Origin: Felis catus
Lineage: Eukaryota
NCBI RefSeq assembly: GCF_018350175.1
Contig: NC_058373.1
Coordinates: forward strand, 113,276,001 to 113,340,000
DNA length: 64,000 nucleotides
Reading direction: 5' to 3'
Shown here: positions 1 through 12,874 of the stretch, one piece after another
How positions within the stretch are numbered: position 1 is the stretch's first letter
How the letters are laid out: every line of letters starts with the position of its first letter
Translations under genes and position numbers: made by a program
Notes under the pieces: model-generated
What the model saw: the letters and a program-made list of their open reading frames with translations, nothing else
What the model was told of the DNA's origin: nothing
Databases searched by the model: none

Positions 1-59
1 CCACATCTCCTAGTACGCCGAGGCACTGTTGGTTTGCCTTTTCTTTGTTGATAGTAGCT

Positions 60-335
60 ATCAATATGGAGTGCTGTGTGCCAGGCTTTTGTGATATCTC
101 CTTTAATTCTCAAAAAAATATGACCTAGTGTGCCTATGAAATTGCCATTTTTTGAAGGTCAAAAAATGGTTAAATGTTGATAATTCCATGATTCAACCTA
201 ATATTATTGCCCTCCTTTTCAAATATTATTGCTCTCAATTTCAAAATGGAGCTGAGGCTCAGAGAGTTAGGCAAATGGTTTAAGGTCACATGATTAATTA
301 GTGCCTGAGCCAGTACTCAAACCCAGGCTTGTTTG
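60..335 (-). mobile_element. MIR fragment
   Basis: MIR core-like gagctgaggctcagagagttag...aaggtcaca...actcaaacccagg. Confidence 0.65.
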
Positions 336-3014
336 GCACCAGGAGAGGGGATCGGAAGTACTACACTCTGCTGTTTCCCTTTACTGGTTTTGTTCTCAAA
401 GGATGCTATTCGTGATTGTCCTAGTCCTTTCTGGTATTTAGATCCCCGAAGGCTGGAACATGCTCACCTTTTCCTGTCTCTTCCAACATTGTGAAATGTG
501 CTGCCTCAGCACCCAAGAGTAAAACACAAATTGTTGGCTTGATCAGATGACATGGTGCGGTCAGAGGGAGCTATGCCCCTGTATGCACTCACCCTCCCCC
601 AGCTCCGTCCCCAGAAAAGGGGCACAAAGCTCTTCCTTTCCCATAGTTGGGCAGGTAGTCAGTCGAGTCTAGCACTTGTAGAAGATGATGGTAGCCTACC
701 ACTAGCAAGTGGAAATCACAAAAGGTGCTCACATTCAGAGTGAACCATAGTGAGGTAACACAGGAGAGCCCAGTGGAAATTGTACCCAGAACAGAGTTCC
801 TGTTACCTTCTGAAGCCTCCTGCAGTGGCCTCTGCCCTCTTTCCTTTAGGTTCTTGTATTGACTGGTCCTCTTTGTAGGGAAGTTCCAGGATATTCAGAC
901 TGTAGACCTGAGCCCTACAAGCCATGGGATCTTTAATTCATCTTTATGTCCCCAACCTTGCACGTAGAAATCACTTCACAAAAGTTGGTTGAATTAAATT
1001 TAATCTCAGCATTTTGTCAATTTCTGGTCAAATCCCTAAACCTTCCAGAGCCATCCCAGGTCAAGTCTGTGTTTTCTCTGATACAGGCTCAAAGTCTGAG
1101 GTCACCTAAGGACTCCCTGTGCCCCCTTTTCATCACCCATACTGCATGCAGCCCCTGCCTCTGAGGCATGCTGCTCCAGCCTTGTGGCTGTGTCAGCCCA
1201 GGATGCTGGAGGACTTAGGGAGTTCCAAAGCAGGAGTCAAGGCTGTGTGGTCACTTGCTGGGCAGTGTAGCCTGCTGGGCACTAATAGGAATCAAGAGAA
1301 GTGGATTTCACAAGAGTGGCCGTGAGTCAACCATTGTAGCTCGGGGGAGGGTGCATGGGGATTTATTGTACTGTTCTCCCTACTTCTTGTGTATATTTGA
1401 AGCTTTCCAGACTAAAAAACAAAGAGAACAGTTGAGCTGGGTTTTGTCCCTTCTCTTATTCCCACCTATTTTGCCATTAATGTTCTATCTGTGTTAGGCT
1501 AGCCGGGTAGCATGAGACTCCATCACCACTACTGAAGCATCTTCACGGAAAGAGGATGTTCTGTATGCTGGGAGATCATTCTTGGCCCAGCTTTGACACT
1601 GCTTAGCTCTATGTCTCAAGGCATGGATGCGCTGGGTTTTCTCATCTATCTGTTCACTGTGAATAGTATCACTTGTCCTACATCTCAGGGATATTGAGAG
1701 GATAAGGAGAGAAATAACTCCTATACAGTGCTTTGGAAAGTTAAAAACTGTTCTTTAAGTTAGTTTCTGCTCATCTTTGCAAGTCTTTATGGGAGGTACA
1801 AGTACAAGGTGACCAAGCAGGTGAAGTTCACTGTACTGGTATTTTGCTCTTATGTTTTGCCTCATGTTTTCTAGCTGCCGCGGCAACCACCTGCTTCTGT
1901 CGGAAGAGCCTCTGGGCCACGCGCTTGGCAGCAGGCACCTTGCTCCAGTTCCCTTTCGAAACCCCGTAGCTCTCCTCACATGCTAAGACAAGCCCAGCGC
2001 AACTCTTTCCGCGCCACCCCCACCCCACCCCCCCACCCCCCGCCCCTGACATTAGCGTGCCCAGGGCAGGGAGAGGTTTAAGCAGAGCACTTGATCTATT
2101 CGAAAGTGTGATGTCATAAGATGCTTGATTGGGAAAGCACTCCCTGCAGTCTAGAGATAATTTCAGATGTCAGGACCAGGCAGAGGCCAATGATATGTTT
2201 TATTTCCAAGCTCCTGGAGATTTTGATGATTGGTTTTCCACTGTCCTCTTGGAATCTGAGCTGTAGTTTGACAGTCAATAAGAGGGTGCCACAAAAGAAT
2301 TAAGTTTCTCCTCTCCCTAGGTTTTACTTGTGTGTTTTTACTGCTAATGCTTAGCCCCAAGCTAGGTTGCAAGACACTCAGGTCCTATGTTCAGATCTAC
2401 CACTTTTTTTATTTATACGAGGAAAAGCAACCCCCCCCCCCCTTAAAGGACAAAGCAAATCAAACATGAAGCTTCTGGCCTTCTCTGGAGGCCCCACAAG
2501 GTTGTTTTGTCTTTTCAGCTGTGATCTTAGCTCAGAGAAGGTCATGTTTTGTTTTTGCCTTTTGTCTTCCTCCCCGTTCCAGTCGGTCCCAGTCTTTTGA
2601 GGTGGGGATTGCTGGGAGGTCACAATGTTGGGATTGTTTGGGATGACAGTTCCGGGAGAGCAGGGCTGAGGTCATGCGTTCAGTGTTCTGAGCAGCCCAG
2701 AACCGAAAGATGCAGACACTAGACTCATCAGTGTTTAATTGTTGGGCCTTTCTCTGCAGGTCTACTGACACTGTTTTTTAAATGAAAAGTCTGGATATAG
2801 GATAAATGTCTGTGCTTATGAAGGTTATGGTGTCAGGTTATGGTTTGAGACCAGGATGCCCTGGAAACTCTTGAATACAGGTTCACCCTAATATCCTACC
2901 AAGGATCCTGCCAAGGATCCTAAAAGGTCCTGTAAAATATTTCTCTCATTCTTAACAATCCAGCTCACTCTTTGTGAGATCAGAATTCTTTCAAGTTTCT
3001 GGATGTGTAAACAG

Positions 3015-3236
3015 CAGAGTTGCTAAGAGCAGGAACTTTGGGATGAGAACTCCAGCCCCACTACTTACTAGCTCTAGAACTCTTTGTATAAGTTATTTAG
3101 CCTCTCAGTTCCTCAGTGTCCTCCTGTGAGAGTGTAGACAGTAGTGCCCACACCTTGTCTTATGTGTTGTCATGAGGATTAAAGAGGCCGCACTTGCCTG
3201 GCATACACTGAGAACCCAGTAAATGATAGCTATTTG
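3015..3236 (+). mobile_element. MIR
   Basis: ccactacttactagct...ctcagttcctc...gaggattaaa...cctggcatac...taaatgatagctatt. Confidence 0.7.
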
Positions 3237-3401
3237 TGGTATGAGAGAAAGATCCATGTAAAAGTCAAATGTGAGGTGGGAAGCAGTATTGGTGGTTAAC
3301 ACATTAAAGACAGACTCACTGGTCACCAAGACGGTATTTGGCAACAGGGCAGGAGGTGACTGGGTTTTCTGAGGCATGTGGCTCTTAAAGAAAGGAAAAG
3401 G

Positions 3402-3618
3402 GGGGCGCCTGGGTGGCTTGGTCGGTTGAGCGTCCGACTTCGGCTCAGGTCATGATCTCACGGTCCGTGGGTTCAAGCCCCGCATCGGGCTCTGTGCCGA
3501 CAGCTCAGAGCCTGGAGCCTGTTACGGATTCTGTGTCTCCCTCTCTCTCTGCCCCTCCCCTGTTCATGCTCTGTCTCTCTCTGTCTCAAAAATAAACGTT
3601 AAAAAAAAATTTTTTTTA
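3402..3618 (+). mobile_element. Can-SINE (SINEC, felid type) with TSD aaagaaaggaaaagg
   Basis: ggggcgcctgggtggc head, (CT)n, A-tail; TSD ~3387-3401 / ~3619-3633. Confidence 0.93.
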
Positions 3619-4398
3619 AAAGAAAGGAAAAGGGATTTAAAAAAATAAAGTCTTGTTACAGAAAATTCTAGGCATATATTCAAGTAAAAAGGCCAGTATA
3701 AAGAACTCCCATGTACCTATTACCCAGCTTCAAAACTTGGAAATATTTTGATAAATCTGATTTCATGTATTTCCTTCCTAGACCACTGCTAACCCCCAGA
3801 CATTATATCATTTGACCTGTAAGTCTTATGTATCTCTGACAGATCACATTTTAAAAATATTATCAACCTAAAAAAATAAGTCATTCCTTAAAAATCATCT
3901 AATACTAGAGTAATCATGTGTCATGGTTTGGGACGGACCAAATTTATGCTGGTGGCCAAGTGTAATTATTAGTAGCAGGGAGGATTTTAAAAGTTCTGAT
4001 GGCAGGTATGTTTTCCAGCCCATCTCTCCCCTGTGTTCACTCTGCTTGTGTCCTCTCTCGTGCATACTCATACATGCTGCTTCATTTTCTCATCCCCAAC
4101 CAGCTGTCTTCTCTAAAATTTATCCAAGAGACATCTGGATAAATTCCCCTGACTGGCGATATTATAGGTGTCTGAATTTGTATCATTGTTTCCCAAGGAC
4201 TTGTGGCATTCTCCAGAGGTTACAGCAAAATGTCTACCAATTTTTTTTGGTTTATATTTTAGAACTTAGAGTGAGAATCTGTTTCAGAGGAGGATGATTC
4301 AATGACAACTGACAGAATCCCAACTAAATAGGAAATTGTCAAGGACATGCAAAGCTTTGGATTTTCATTCCATTTTTTCTCATCAAAAATCTCTGAGT

Positions 4399-4492
4399 GG
4401 GGGTGCCTGGCTGGTTCAGTCGATGAAGCATGCAACTCTTGATCTATGGGTCGTGAGTTCAAGCCCCACACTGGGTGTGGAACCTACTTGAA
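4399..4492 (+). mobile_element. Short, older tRNA-like Can-SINE
   Basis: ggggtgcctggctggttcagtc...gagttcaagccccac with box A/B, degenerate purine tail. Confidence 0.75.
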
Positions 4493-5157
4493 AGAAAGAA
4501 TGAATAGATGGATCCAAGGAAGGAAGGAATGCAGAATTACGATTTGTTAAAAGTAAATAAATACATAAATAAATAACATTATATAGATGTAGTAGAATCA
4601 GTAATAAACTGGAAATCAGGGTTCTGCCTCCAGTTAGCTATATGATCTCAAATGAATCTGTCACTCACTTTAAGCCTTCCCTAAACATCGTCCCCTCTTT
4701 ATCCCTCTCCCATAGTCTACCCCATTTCCCTGTTCCCATTTATCTGCATATTGATTAGCAATTGTGACTACATTCTCTCTTAGATTTTCCTGAGTTCCCT
4801 GGAAAACTCAAAGATAAGGGGGCCTCTTTTATTTACCTTTGCATCTCCAGTGCCTAGAAGGGTGTCTGGCGTATAAATGTCTATTGAATGGATACATATT
4901 TGTTAAATGGATAATTGAATGAAACACAGATGAGGCCCAATTCTCCTTACAGTTTCTCACATTTCGTGATTTCCTGAGTTTGCCCAGCTAACTTACGTTG
5001 GAACAGGACACATTGAGCTAAGAAAGGTGACAATGGGACACAGGGAGAGCAATGACTAACTCACAGCCCGTAGCCCTGTATTCTCTACCCTCCTCCTCAC
5101 ACACTTCTTGATCTTCTCCTCTTGTTGTGTGCTGGTTCTCAGGGCTCCCTGGAGTAG

Positions 5158-5403
<246 letters not shown>

Positions 5404-5414
5404 TAATTAATTTT

Positions 5415-5638
5415 GTTCTAATTTTTAAAAATATTTTTATTTATTTTTGAGAGAGAGAGAGAGAGAGAGAGCACAAACAGGGGAGGGGCAGAGAGACACG
5501 GAGACACAGGATCCAAAGCAGGCTCCAGGCTCTGAGCTGTCAGCACAGAGCCTGACACCGGGCTCGAACTCATGAACTGTGAGATCATGACCTGAGCCGA
5601 AGTCAGATGCTTAACCTACTGAGCCACCCAGGTGCCCC
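5415..5638 (-). mobile_element. Can-SINE, antisense, just after PLEKHH1 coding exon 1
   Basis: Ends in gagccacccaggtgcccc; (GA)n; flanked by ttaattaatttt repeats. Confidence 0.92.
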
Positions 5639-5649
5639 TTAATTAATTA

Positions 5650-5915
5650 ATTTTTAATTGAAGTATATTTGACATATAACATTATATAATTTAAGGTACA
5701 CCACATGTTAATCTGATACATTTATATTTTGCAATGTGGCTGTCTTTGTAGTGGTAATTAGCACTTTTATCACATTATGTAATTGCCATTTCTTTTTAGG
5801 GGTTGGAATAATGAAGTTCCAGTTTCCTAGCAAGTTTGATGATTATAATACAGTACTCTTGTCTGTATTCACTGTACTGTGCATTAGATCCCTAGGACCT
5901 ATTTACTACTCATTG
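5650..5915 (-). mobile_element. L1 3'-end fragment (L1MA-like)
   Basis: tttttaattgaagtatatttgacatataacatt...cactgtactgtgcattagatccctagg. Confidence 0.7.
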
Positions 5916-6199
5916 CAAGAAGGTGAACTTTTAATAAGATGCCCTCCACACATGCAGAATGAAATCTAAGATAGTTATTTCTTTTTTAAGCCCAAATCAA
6001 AGCAATTTACTAAGCTATCATCATGCCTTCTCTCCTGCTCCAGAGAAATGATAGACATCTTGGTCCTCCATTACCTCTTGAGTCAACTGGCTGTAGTGGA
6101 AGTTCTGTTATTCCCTTAATATTTCTTTTTCAGTGTGGGGAAGAAGGGACGATGTTTTACTGTTCACCCTGTATTAAGCAGATGAGCTATGAAAGGCAG

Positions 6200-6412
6200 C
6201 CTGATTTTCTAGTGACAAGGACACAGATTTTGGAGCCAGACCCACCTGGCTCTGCCACTTACTAGCTATGCTGTGTGACCCTGAGCAAGTCCCTTCACCT
6301 CTAAGGCAGGGACACAAATGTCTGCCTTTCACAGTTATTTTGAGAATTGTATCAGGTCACACATATAAAGGTTCTGGCATGGAATAGGTCTTAAATGGGA
6401 ACGATTATTATC
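6200..6412 (+). mobile_element. MIR
   Basis: ggctctgccacttactagct...tgtgaccctgagcaagtc. Confidence 0.7.
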
Positions 6413-6557
6413 TTTACAGGTGTGGATGGGCTGGTCTGGGAAATTGACCACCATTTGTAATGTTTCTGTGAGAAGAGACAGTCTGAACACCTGACTTTCA
6501 GAGGCATTTTGGAGCTTAACCTGTCTGGAGAGTAGAGTCCTGTACTAAAAAAAAAAT

Positions 6558-6559
6558 AC

Positions 6560-6623
<64 letters not shown>
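6558..6623 (+). repeat. Compound (TATC)n/(TGTC)n tetranucleotide microsatellite
   Basis: Seen directly. Confidence 0.95.
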
Positions 6624-7027
6624 TAGTTGAATCAACTCTTTTCTTTCTAGTTTTGCTTACATTATCCATCTCCTGAGCCAACCCTTCCTTCATAGTACAA
6701 AAGTAAAAATCAGTCCACCTCTCTCCAAGTAATGTCGAGGTCTTTATTAGTAAAGCCTGGGTAAAAGGACTGTTTTATGATAGCCCCACAACCTGGAGTC
6801 CAGGAAGACAAGTTATTGGCATTTCCCCTGCATTTCCACTGCTGAGGGTAATGGCCCTCGACTAGCCTGGACTAGAACTTGTGAACTTTGGGTCTGTTGG
6901 CATTGCTGTCTACTAGTTCAGGCTTTGCGAAACAGAGACCAGCAGGGTTCCTATGGATATGGTTCAGATACTGCTAAGAGAAAGGGTAGAATTCAGCCAT
7001 CTCAGGTAAAGGGAAATGGGCTTTAGA

Positions 7028-7458
7028 TAGTAGTTCTCAAAGGGTGGTCGTGGGACTATCCAGGCCAGAAATCTGGAGCACTTACTAAGCGTGTGCATTC
7101 CTGGGCCCCACCCCAGTCCTCCTGATCCAGGTATCCTGGGGATGCTGCTCATAATCTGCATGTTTTTTTTTTTTATTTTTTTTTCAACGTTTTTATTTAT
7201 TTTTGGGACAGAGAGAGACAGAGCATGAACGGGGGAGGGGCAGAGAGAGAGGGAGACACAGAATCAGAAACAGGCTCCAGGCTCTGAGCCATCAGCCCAG
7301 AGCCTGACGTGGGGCTCGAACTCACGGACCGCGAGATCGTGACCTGGCTGAAGTCGGACGCTTAACCGACTGCGCCACCCAGGCGCCCCATAATCTGCAT
7401 GTTTAACAAGCTCCCAGAAATTAGTTTTGTACACTGTACAGTCTGAGAACATTGCCTT
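7028..7458. mobile_element. MER5A-like hAT-Charlie fossil split by a Can-SINE
   Basis: tagttctcaaa...attcctgggccccacccc...aatctgcatgtttaacaagctccc...tctgagaacattg. Confidence 0.75.
7166..7388 (-). mobile_element. Young felid Can-SINE with perfect 16-bp TSD cataatctgcatgttt
   Basis: TSD 7150-7165 / 7389-7404; CpGs retained. Confidence 0.95.
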
Positions 7459-7881
7459 AGGATATGTGACTGGGGAGGGGTAGGAGGGAAGGAAAAGATA
7501 AGTATGGATCCTCCAGCTGGTCTAAAACACATCTCAGAGGGAAGAGACTTCTGTTTCTAGTGATAGGGACCACAAAATAACTTTTAAGAAAGACTGCTAT
7601 GAAACACCTAGAAATACTGGATTAAATATTTAAAATATTTTTCTCAGTGCAGAGCCATGCACTGAGAAGAGTTGGAGGAATCCTCAGCCGGCCAAATGAA
7701 GAAGTAGAACCCAAGTGGTATTCAACTCTGACAGCTGAGTGGGACGAGCTGTGTGGCTGGCCTCCCTGTAGTAATGAAAGGTTTGAGGTTTGAGTTTTAG
7801 CATCTGTGGAGACAGAGATGAGGTCTGGTCAGTTGGAAGCTGGAGTTGAAACTGAAACTTTCATGTAAAGTCAGTACTGTC

Positions 7882-8005
7882 GGGGCGCCTGGGTGGCTCA
7901 GTTGGTTAAGCATTTGACTCTTGACTTCAGCTTAGTCATGATCTCATGGTTCGTGGGATCAGCTGTGAGTCAGGCTCTGTGCTGATAGCACGGAGCCTGC
8001 TTGGG

Positions 8006-8064
<59 letters not shown>

Positions 8065-8142
8065 CTCTCAGCCCCTCCCAAGCTGACATTCTCTCTCTGT
8101 CTCTCTCTCTCTCAAAATAAATAAGTAAACTTAAAAAAAAAA
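7882..8142 (+). mobile_element. Can-SINE with long (CT)n; TSD taaagtcag(t/g)actgtc
   Basis: TSD 7866-7881 / 8143-8158. Confidence 0.92.
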
Positions 8143-8989
8143 TAAAGTCAGGACTGTCAAAGTAACATAAAAAGATAAGGAAAAGAAAATCATCTACCAA
8201 GACAGGGAGATGACAGAACAGTTTCTCAGACTTAGCCAAGGCTCTGGGCACAAAAAACAAAAAGCAAAAGGAAAGTACGCCCTGAGAACCTGATGATAGT
8301 ATTGGTTTAATATTAGAATTTATATTATTTGTGTGGATTAGGAACCTTAAGTTCTGGGCCAGTGATACCCCTAGGACCCTAGATACAGACACAGAACCTC
8401 TCTGGAGAAACAAAACCTCAACCCAGATTATACAGGATCCTCACAGGCAAAAAAGCCATGATAAAGATGAATATATGATCCAAAATGACTAAATACTTGA
8501 GAGAATAATTTTTACTGAGTTAGAGTCCCCATACACAACAAACAAGTAGACTAGGTCCCTCAAGAACTTCAAATAAGGAACTGTTGGCAAGTTCCTTCAA
8601 TATTATTGAATATAATTGAATTCCTTCAAATTATTGAAGATGTAATGAAGTGATTGAACACACAAGGCAAGAATAAGACGCTATTCAAAAAGATTAGGTA
8701 GACTTGAAAAAGAACGAAATAGAACTGCTAGAAGCAAAAAATGTTTTCATTGTATAACTAAATGTTCAATAGATAAATTAAATGTCAGATTAGGCACCAT
8801 TGAGACAAGCTTAATGAATGGAAAGGTGGACCTGAGAAAGTCATCCAGAATGGAGCCCAGAGAGATAAAGGCACGGAGACTGAGACATGGATGCTAGAAT
8901 GACAAGATCCTATAAAGTTCCAGAGGTGGAAAAGAGAATGAAGGAGAACATTACTCAAAGAGATAATGGTTTAAAAATTCCCAAACTTA

Positions 8990-9203
8990 AAAAAATATAT
9001 ATATTTATTTTGAGAGAGAGAATGAATGTGTGCACAAGTGGGCTAGGGGCTGAGAGAGAGATGAAGAGTAAGAGAATCCCAAGCAGGCTCTGCACTGTCA
9101 GCATGGAACCCACTGTGGGGGCTTGATCCCTTGACTGTGAGATGAGGACCTGAGCTGAAATCAAGAATTGGATGCTCAACCAACTGGGCCACCCAGGCGC
9201 CTC
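8990..9203 (-). mobile_element. Can-SINE
   Basis: Ends in gccacccaggcgcctc; decayed TSD taaaaattcccaaactt / taaaaactcacaaactt. Confidence 0.9.
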
Positions 9204-9299
9204 TAAAAACTCACAAACTTGTTGAAAGATGTGAAGCCTCAGATTTGGGAAGCAGAATGAGTCTAAGCAGTATAAATTTTTAAAAAAATCCGTGCTTAC

Positions 9300-9692
9300 T
9301 GTATTAGCTAGATTATAATTCAGCTGCTATAAGAAAGAACCCAAGGTCACAATGGCTTAAACTCGACAGATGTTTATTTCCATCTCGTGTAACATTCCAG
9401 ACATGAGCCGTATAATTCTAGGGTGACATCTGCTGTAGGTTTGAAGAGGAGGGTTCACCATGATGTCCATATTCCAAACCCGTCCCATTTAGTGGTGACC
9501 CGAAGGTTCCATTCATTGCTTCTCCTCATATCCCATTGATCAAAACTCATTCACATGGTTGTACCCAGCAGCAGGGAAGATTGGAAAGCGTAGTCTTTAT
9601 TCTGGAGAACTACATGCTCTGTTGAAAGTTGGAGACTGTTATTTGTATGAGAGAGAGAGGACAGGTACTGGGGAACATGTAGCAGTCTGTAA
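9300..9692 (-). mobile_element. MLT1-type (ERVL-MaLR) solo LTR
   Basis: tgtattag...gctgctataa...aatggcttaa...tttatttc...cccattgatcaaaactc...cacatgg. Confidence 0.7.
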
Positions 9693-9905
9693 GTCTGAAA
9701 TTTAAGTCTATAATAATGGTAATAAGTAGAAATAGAGTATATAACTTATCAGTAGAATAGGGAAATGTAATAAAGTCTATTAAATCCAGTCTGGGAAGAA
9801 AATGAAAAGAGTATTTAAAAAAAATGGAGTAAATAGCACAAAATGCAATGGTAGAAATAAATCCAAATGTATCAGTCATATGGAGACATATGTAAGAAAT
9901 CTTTT

Positions 9906-10100
9906 GGGGCACCTGGGTGGCTCAGTCGGTTGAGCGTCCGACTTCAGCTCAGGTCATGATCTCACGGTCTGTGAGTTCAAGCCCCGCATTGGGCTCTGTG
10001 CTGTCAGTTCAGAGCCTGCAGCCTGCTCTCTCTGCCCCTCCCCTGCTCATGCTCTGTCTCTCTGTCAAAAATAAATAAACATTAAAAAAAATAAAAAAAA
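9906..10100 (+). mobile_element. Can-SINE, TSD aagaaatctttt
   Basis: Head, A-tail and TSD visible. Confidence 0.92.
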
Positions 10101-10249
10101 AAAGAAATCTTTTTATATACAAGAATTTAGCATTGCTATATGAAAAATTGGGAATATCCTAAATGCCTTTCAACAGGGAGGTGTTTAAGTATATTGAGTG
10201 TATTTGTACAATGGAATATGACATTGCCGTTAAAAATGAATCAAGTGAG

Positions 10250-10662
10250 GGACGCCTGGGTGGCTCAGTCGGTTGAGCGTCTGACTCTTGATTTCAGTTT
10301 GGGTCATGATTCCAGGGTCTTGGGATCTTGGGATTGAGCCCTGCATCAGATTCCATGCTGAGTGTGGAGCCTCCTTAAGATTCTCTCTCTCTTGGGGTGC
10401 CTGGGTGGCTCAGTTGGTTGAGTGGCCGACTTCGGCTCAGGTCATGATCTCACGGTTTGTGAGTTCAAGTCTCGTGTCAGACTCTGTGCTGACAGCTCGG
10501 AGCCTGGTGTCTGCTTTGGATTCTGTCTCCCTCTCTCTCTGCCCCTCTCCTGCTCATGCTCTGTCTCTCTCTGTCTCTCAGGAATGAATAAATGTTAAAA
10601 AAAATTTGTTTTTAAGATTCTCCCTCTCTCTATCTCTGTCTCTCCAAAAAAATTAAAATAAT
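10250..10662 (+). mobile_element. Nested Can-SINEs (inner ~10394-10611 inserted in the CT tract of the outer)
   Basis: Outer TSD 10232-10249 / 10663-10680; inner TSD 10375-10392 / 10612-10629. Confidence 0.9.
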
Positions 10663-10948
10663 AAAAATGAGTCAAGTGAGCTACATATGTAAGATTAGCC
10701 AATCTCAAAAACCAACACTGAACAGAAAAGATCAAGAGAATGTATATAGAATAATATGGTTTATATAAAGTTTTAAAACCTAAAGCTTGTTGTTTAGGGC
10801 TATATCAAATGAGGTAAAATGTAAATACAACCAAGTGTGGGGTAGATGCTAGAAAGGGAGGAGTGCAATCTGGGAAAAGCAGACGGGAGCTTTATGTACC
10901 ACTCTGTAGGGGCCCGTTTCTTAAAGACATCAGAAGCATATATGACAG

Positions 10949-11183
10949 GGGCGCCTGGGTGGCGCAGTCGGTTAAGCATCCGACTTCAGCCAGGTCACGA
11001 TCTCGCAGTCTGTGAGTTCGAGCCCCGCGTCAGGCTCTGGGCTGATGGCTCGGAGCCTGGAGCCTGTTTCCGATTCTGTGTCTCCCTCTCTCTCTGCCCC
11101 TCCCCCGTTCATGCTCTGTCTCTCTCTGTCCCAAAAATAAATAAACGTGGAAAAAAAAATTAAAAATAAAATTCTTTAAAAAA
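10949..11183 (+). mobile_element. Young felid Can-SINE, perfect 17-bp TSD agaagcatatatgacag
   Basis: TSD 10932-10948 / 11184-11200. Confidence 0.95.
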
Positions 11184-12874
11184 AGAAGCATATATGACAG
11201 AAATTAAGATTTGATAAAGCTGAATGGTGGATACATATTTTAAAATGTTATTCTCTATGTGTTTCCTGAACTATTACATGATAAAAAATGTGTTAAAGTG
11301 CCTTCCTCCTCTATTCCCCAGGGTCCTTAAATATATCCAGATACACCTCTCTCCACAGCCCCTTGGGTCTGGGTAGGTTGAACTTTCATAAGATCATAAG
11401 ATTGGCCCCATCTTCTCTTCCAGGCTGCCTTTGATTGTCATGTAGCCAGAATGCCCTCCCATAAAAGGTTGGGAGCTCAGAGTGTGACTTGGGTAAAGAA
11501 AGGGGAAGCATGCAGACACAGGGCAGAAGAGACTGAGGTGTGGGGGGAAGAGAGAGAAAGAAATCTTGACTAGGGATCACAGGCTGGAAGAATTAAGTAC
11601 AGAAGAGTACTGAGACATTAGCCTGACACCAGACCTTTTGGCAGGAAACCTTAAAGCCATAAACACCATGTTGCTCAATGCCGGGGCTGTGCCTGTCACC
11701 TACATTCATCTCCAAACCAACAGGACAGGTTCAACAGTTCACTTAGAGATTTTCCCCAGTACGTCAAGGTAAGTTTCAGATCAGGAAGAGATGACTCAGG
11801 CTTCTCAGGAGAGCTGGTGCTGGGGCCAAGCCCTGATCTCGGTCCTATCTCTGTCACTGCTCTTAGAGCTTACTAGTTAATCATCACCAGTACCCACCTA
11901 CACCGGGTGAGCCAGGTCAGCTGGGTCCCTCTGACCAGCCCTCTCACTCACCTGCCCCCTCCACCTCTATGCGCAACTCACCCGCCCATGGGGCTTGCCC
12001 TGCCTGGATGACCACTGGCTGTGCAATTGCTCACTGCTGGTCGTGCAGGCCAAGCCAAACCTGGGTGCTTCCCAGGGGTCCAGCCCTTCCTGGGATCAGA
12101 TACTGCCCACTGGCTGCTAAGGTTTGGAAACATGCCCTTCCTCTTTCCCCACCCCACAGCCTGCTCACACCTGCCTCCCTCTTGCAGAATTGCCATTCTG
12201 GACATGGAATGATCTGTGTTAAAAAGCAAAAAAATTTTTTAAAGAAAAGATGTCAAGACTACCACATAATCCCTCACCTGAGGGTGAGAGAGGAAGTGGA
12301 GGGTGGGAAGAAGAAACAGTATCAGACCTTATTTCTGCTATTAACGCTTCACCAGGTCTGGTTTGCCATTGCCATGGACACCCAGACTTCCAGGGCCAGG
12401 CATTCTGGAGCCAGGTGAATTGTGGGTTCATTTCCTGTCCAGTATAGGAGTTGAGGGAATGGCTGATGTCTTGGAGTTCACATCATGCTCTGTTCCCTGG
12501 GAGCCATTCCCCCCGCTGCCTTGCTCTCTTCCTTAGTATGCTGAAGAAGTCATAAAGGCTGTTCAGATCAATTTAAAACTTTTGATACTGCTCTAGGAGG
12601 CTTTATAGATGGATATGAAAGCCTCTTGAATTTTTTTTCATCCTTGCTTAAACTTATGCTTCAGTTATTCCATCACAAACGTGGGAATGTAATAACTGTC
12701 CTCAGACAAGCTATCCACAGTAGTAATTACTATGAAAAAACATGGCATCAGTATTAGAACTAACACAGGTTTTAAACTTTTAATTTACTCTGTCTGCTTC
12801 CAAAAGGGATTTCAGTGCATTTATTGAAAAGAAGTAATGTAATGAAACATCTCTCATTTTTAGCTTGAGTATGT

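Larger units (their letters stand above)
7545..11295 (+). mobile_element. Ancient L1 remnant (L1ME/L1M4/HAL1-like): 5' region and ORF1-like segment plus 3' end, fragmented by one MLT1 LTR and six SINEs
   Basis: A-rich decayed ORF1-like text (gaaaaagaacgaaatagaactgctagaag...atccagaatggagcccagagagataaag) and an L1 3' end (cctaaatgcctttcaacaggg...tacaatggaatatg). Confidence 0.6.

Noticed and set aside
2894..2935. Short imperfect tandem repeat (ccaaggatcct)x2-3; similar micro-duplications at ~199-243 and ~8590-8640
   Set aside because: Ordinary slippage duplications with no spacer structure or functional context
4399..4492. tRNA-like sequence with box A/B (also ~17410-17515)
   Set aside because: SINE head derived from tRNA; no intact cloverleaf, and followed by a SINE-type tail
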